The notes beneath the pieces were generated by a model that did not search any database, was not told the origin of the DNA, and saw only the letters and a program-made list of their open reading frames with translations. A stretch of DNA of 64,000 bases, from contig OZ024742.1 of the NCBI GenBank assembly GCA_964016885.1, forward strand, positions 3,720,001 to 3,784,000, written 5' to 3'. The translations under genes were made by a program, and so were the position numbers. Position 1 is the first letter of the stretch. Each line of letters starts with the position of its first letter. Source of the stretch: Eledone cirrhosa (Eukaryota). Of this stretch, positions 59,752 through 64,000 are shown piece after piece.

Positions 59752-59822
59752 CTGTATCTCGTGTGAGGATATGATAGTTAAAAGAATAGAGGTGTAACAC
59801 ACAAGTTATTATATATTGGTAA

Positions 59823-59874
<52 letters not shown>

Positions 59875-60009
59875 GCAAAGTAAAAAGAAAGTAAATTTTA
59901 AATGTGATCCTAAGAAATATTTATTTAAGGACAATGTAAATAGATAAGGGAGGGTTAATATTAATTATTTAGATAGTCGATCGCGGCATAATTTTCCAAA
60001 ACCGAAGCT

Positions 60010-60590
60010 AGAGGACAGATTTGAACTCTTCTTGATCTATTCTTCTTATCGCCACCGATATGTCTCCTGTATAATTTTTCCTGGTATCGTGAAGATTAAA
60101 GAAACTCGAGGAATGACAGTACTTCTCTGATAGTAGTGGATAAGTGACATGTAAAGAATAAGCAATCCAATGTTTAGGAATGTTGCGTTAAATGCGGCAT
60201 TCATTAGGGGAAGTTGTAATGTTCTCACAGCAATACATTAGACAAGCCGGGTATTAAATTTCTGAAATACTGAGAAATCAATTTTGCCATTTTTTAATAT
60301 GGTTGTTCAACAGATCGGCATATATTTTTCCCTGTTCTCTTGGGCGGAAATAAATATGGATTCATTGTCTAGTTGGATGAATATTTATACAAAAATCAAA
60401 CCTTTGGAGCATGTATATCGGCTTTACTTCATTGTCACTCTTTCTCATTTCCCTATATATTGGAATCGTGTCTGTTAGTAGCCACCGATACACTAAAATA
60501 TGCCCAGTCAGTCCAGGGAATATTTTCCAAGTCGAGTGAATTGGTGAGAATGAAGTTGGCAGTTTTTTATTATTATTTAGGTGCACGGCC
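60010..60590 (-). pseudogene. Possible highly decayed Tc1/mariner-superfamily transposase fragment
   Basis: Minus frame NIPWTDWAYFSVSVATNRHDSNI resembles the first catalytic Asp motif (WxDEAxF...N); multiple stops. Confidence 0.35.
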
Positions 60591-60631
60591 AACAATTGTG
60601 GTGGAGACGAAAATCGTTTAATTCAACCCCA

Positions 60632-60706
60632 TTATTGGTACTTTATTTTATCGACCTAGAGAGCATGAAAAGCAAAGCTACCCTCGGCGGGATTTGAACT
60701 CAGAAT
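60632..60706 (-). mobile_element. SINE family A fragment
   Basis: tggtactttattttatcgacc...ctcggcgggatttgaactcagaat. Confidence 0.7.
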
Positions 60707-60852
60707 GTATGTGCCTTCTACGCAAGATTGTGTGTGTGTGTGTGACAGCTCACACCTATGCAGGTTTAGCTGGCCTCCTCCAAGGTATATCTCGTTGGAG
60801 GTGTCTTGGGTAATTTAATGATAGGGACCCCAGTCCTATCATCTCATTTCTA

Positions 60853-60989
60853 GAGCTGAGTAAACTGGAGCAACCTGAAATAAAGTGTCTTGCCCAAGGA
60901 AACAACACACACATCACCCAGTTCGAGAATTGAACTCACAACCTTTCGATTGCAAGCCCAAATGCTCTAACCACTAAGCCATGCGCCTT
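60853..60989 (-). mobile_element. tRNA-derived SINE head (family B)
   Basis: Reverse complement: ggcgcatggcttagtggttagagc (A box) ... gagttcaattctc (B box) ... ccttgggcaagacacttt. Confidence 0.7.
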
Positions 60990-61238
60990 CTATGCAAGAT
61001 TACACTCACAAGGTGCAGAAAAGTGGCCTACAACTTTCAACATGAATAAACTTACATTTATACATATATACATGCATGCATACATACATGCATACATATA
61101 TAAATACATATATACATCTGTATACGTACATAAATAGATACATACATCTTTATACAATAAGATTGTAATTCGGTTCAAGAACTACCAACAAGCAGAAAGA
61201 ATATATTGCTTTCAAAAAAGAAGTTTTAAATATATTAC

Positions 61239-61393
61239 CTGTGATATTTTGAAGATCTTTAGTAAATTAGCTACTTGTATTGATGTTACACTTGATGGTG
61301 CAGCAATTACACCGGGGATTATTTTTAAATCATCGTTCTTTTCAGCGCCATCTTTACATTTGTAGGTGGAGCCGCCAATATTAGCAATAGAAC
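61239..61393 (-). CDS. Internal coding exon of a class C GPCR (metabotropic glutamate receptor / mangetout-mXR-like), Venus-flytrap domain
   Basis: Minus strand: acceptor ttcttatatgttatcag|, donor CAG|gtaata, 155 nt (2 nt + 51 codons). Encodes (G)SIANIGGSTYKCKDGAEKNDDLKIIPGVIAAPSSVTSIQVANLLKIFKISQ, matching the mGluR-family motif GVIGAxSSxxSIQVANLLRLFxIPQ. No neighbouring exons recognised in the window. Confidence 0.88.
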
Positions 61394-61658
61394 CTGATAA
61401 CATATAAGAAGATATATATTCAATAATAATAGCATATATGTTACATTTTAAGTTAGGTTTGTAAAACAGTGTACACTAAGCAGCTGGAGTATAATGCTAA
61501 GTCGTATCAGTACGGGGGCAACGAAACATGCGTAGTGTATGTAAACATATATCTAGAACTGTGCAACTAAGTCGTCTTTACAATACATTGTCTTTACATG
61601 CACATTTCTCGCAGATTCGTTTAAATCGTATCGTATAATGTATCTGTAGACATTTCAA

Positions 61659-61693
<35 letters not shown>

Positions 61694-61840
61694 CTGCGTG
61701 TGTGTCTGCGTGTCTGTGTATGTGTGTGATTCGTAAAACAGATTTAGGCTTGCTCTCCAAAATAGACACCGTTGACAAATAGCATCCCTTTATCACGAAG
61801 TCAGGGTGAACATAGTATCGCCACACATTATCAGCTCACC

Positions 61841-61882
<42 letters not shown>

Positions 61883-61889
61883 ACACATG

Positions 61890-62012
<123 letters not shown>

Positions 62013-62162
62013 TATATATATGTATATAAAGCGTAGAAATATCCGAGACCCCCAGTAGACAACTGATGAGGAAAACTCCCCTCTCCCCCGTTCTTGCTTT
62101 CTTCGTATTCCCACTTCATTTTAATTTACCTTAAATAGCAACTACACAGCCATTTCTATTCT

Positions 62163-62245
<83 letters not shown>

Positions 62246-64000
62246 GATTGGTTTACTTGCTTAATATTTGATATATATAATCAGCAGAATACGATGGGAT
62301 TACGTTTTAAAAAACATTCCATGTATTCATAATGTTTATATGATGCCACTCGGCATGTGTTACTAAATTCCAGTTTCTGGGCAATGGTATATTTAAAACT
62401 ATGATTACACAGGGTTTCTATATAACGCGCTCGAATTATTCTTAACTCGTGTTTATTTCAAAACGGATTTTTAATACTCACTTCTATAAAACGGAAGTTC
62501 TGCTGTGAATGAGACATTATTAAATATGAAAGCTACAAAAATCTTCGGAAAGAATTAAGCAACTCATCAATGTAAATCGATACTTCTGATTCCCAGAAGA
62601 TCTATCACGTGACATTTCGTGTTTAGAAGTCATGTATGGTAAAAAAAATTGAACACACACAAGAATAAAAACAACGAACGCAAATGAGTGTTACAAAATA
62701 ATAACAAACCTCCAAAGACACGCAAAAATTCCCTCACAAAAGCTGATAAATTAATAAAAGTAATAGCGGTATTGATATCAAACTCTGTAATGGCGATCAT
62801 AATTCAGAAATGTGGAGTGTTGTATGTGTTAAGGGTTCATTAAACAGTTAATGTAATGTCACGATAAATCACATCTGCATAGCTTTATCTTAATAAAACA
62901 TGACTTATTCAATGTATACTGTATTAGGAGTGAAATAAGTCTTTTTATTTTTCTTGGGTTTGTTTTTAATGTACTGCAGTCATTTATTTGTATTGTGCTG
63001 TATTTAAATGAAGACTTCAAACACAGAAATAAATATACATATCACGTTGAATCTTCATGTGCTAAACATATACATAAGGAGACACCAATATAATATTTTT
63101 AGTGTAACTAAGAAATATTTAATCATAATTACTATAATAAATAATTCAGTAAGTTCATTTTGAATTTTACTTTTAAAGATAATTTCACCGTTGTAAACAT
63201 TCTCGGAAGCCCCACCCACTCTGTTTTCCATAGCAAATCATACGAATCTGTATGTTTTATATTCCAGCTGTTTCCTCCTATTAATTTATATTATACTGTC
63301 TCATATAAAATCAGCAACACATTGACTTGACACAGTTGACCATCTTATGTACCAGTGTAATTCATTCCTTTATTGAAGTTCAAGGAATCCTGAGCATTAT
63401 ACGAGTAAGCAGAATATTAATCCAGAACAGTATGGAAGCATCAGAGAAGGTGTCTGGGTGGGGTTAACTAAAAACAAAACGGTAGTCTATAGAATACGAC
63501 TTAAAAATAAGCTATGATATGAACAACTTCGGGTGAATCACTAGTATGAGAACCGAAGACACACGACACTTCCAGTGATTCTAGGATACAGTACCGCTCA
63601 TGTGTCCAATTACATCTTTACTTTACATTTATATAAAATTTAGATTTACTAAAAACCATTGTGTATGATTTGAGAGAGATGTGGTTATTTCTAGCTAATT
63701 CAGCGACATCATAGTCTTTCTCGTTAGTTTTCGAGTAAATTTATTTGGTAAAAATGTTTCTTATTCACCAAGTTTTATGTCCTTATTGCAGCAAAATCAC
63801 TTTTGATAGTGTTGTCTATTTGCGTACAAAATAGATTGTATGAGAAAGTACAGAGAAGAGAGATTTTAAGCAGCAAGCGAAAGAGAAGTGGTTAGAGAGA
63901 AGATATAACATATTTTCAATAACCCAGCTATAGATTTGATGGCTTGAATTCGTTAATGTTAACCATAGAAATATACCTTGAATAATTCATGTCTTGTATT

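Noticed and set aside
60900-60989. tRNA gene
   Set aside because: A and B boxes are present but there is no acceptor stem; the sequence continues into a SINE body.
62063-62069. CTGATGA as another hammerhead
   Set aside because: No downstream GAAA, helix III or helix I partner.
62125-62167. Minus-strand YG..EMAV-like stretch with gt donor as the upstream GPCR exon
   Set aside because: Needs a frameshift, contains a stop and runs into (TA)n; probably chance.

Overview
AT-rich, microsatellite-saturated animal DNA; the SINEs resemble octopus families I recall, so a cephalopod origin is likely but inferred. Nearly all short ORFs are (TA)n/(CA)n/(TG)n artefacts. Most of the window is a nest of Penelope-like elements (PLEs: RT plus C-terminal GIY-YIG) of at least three lineages (Hydra-like, Neptune-like, Nematis-like; clades assigned from motifs only) and their non-coding pseudo-LTR derivatives, almost all inserted in (TA)n. 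By eye I find about 30 type I hammerhead ribozyme (HHR) motifs in roughly 17 sequence families, including U3-A8 compensatory cores and long helix II variants. About a dozen insertions are head-to-head inversions with both 3' tails pointing outward, often ending at TA/AT microhomologies. Also present: a decayed CRE-like retrotransposon, an R4/Dong-like 3' fragment, an internally deleted mariner, six copies of an RTE-derived non-autonomous element and tRNA SINEs. One SINE copy (9446-9580) has about 20 strand-specific A>G changes in an ADAR-like context and may be a genomic fossil of a hyper-edited RNA. The only host-gene piece recognised is one minus-strand coding exon (61239-61393) of an mGluR/mangetout-like class C GPCR, so the nest probably lies in one very large intron. 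Coordinates were counted by hand and may be off by a few bases.
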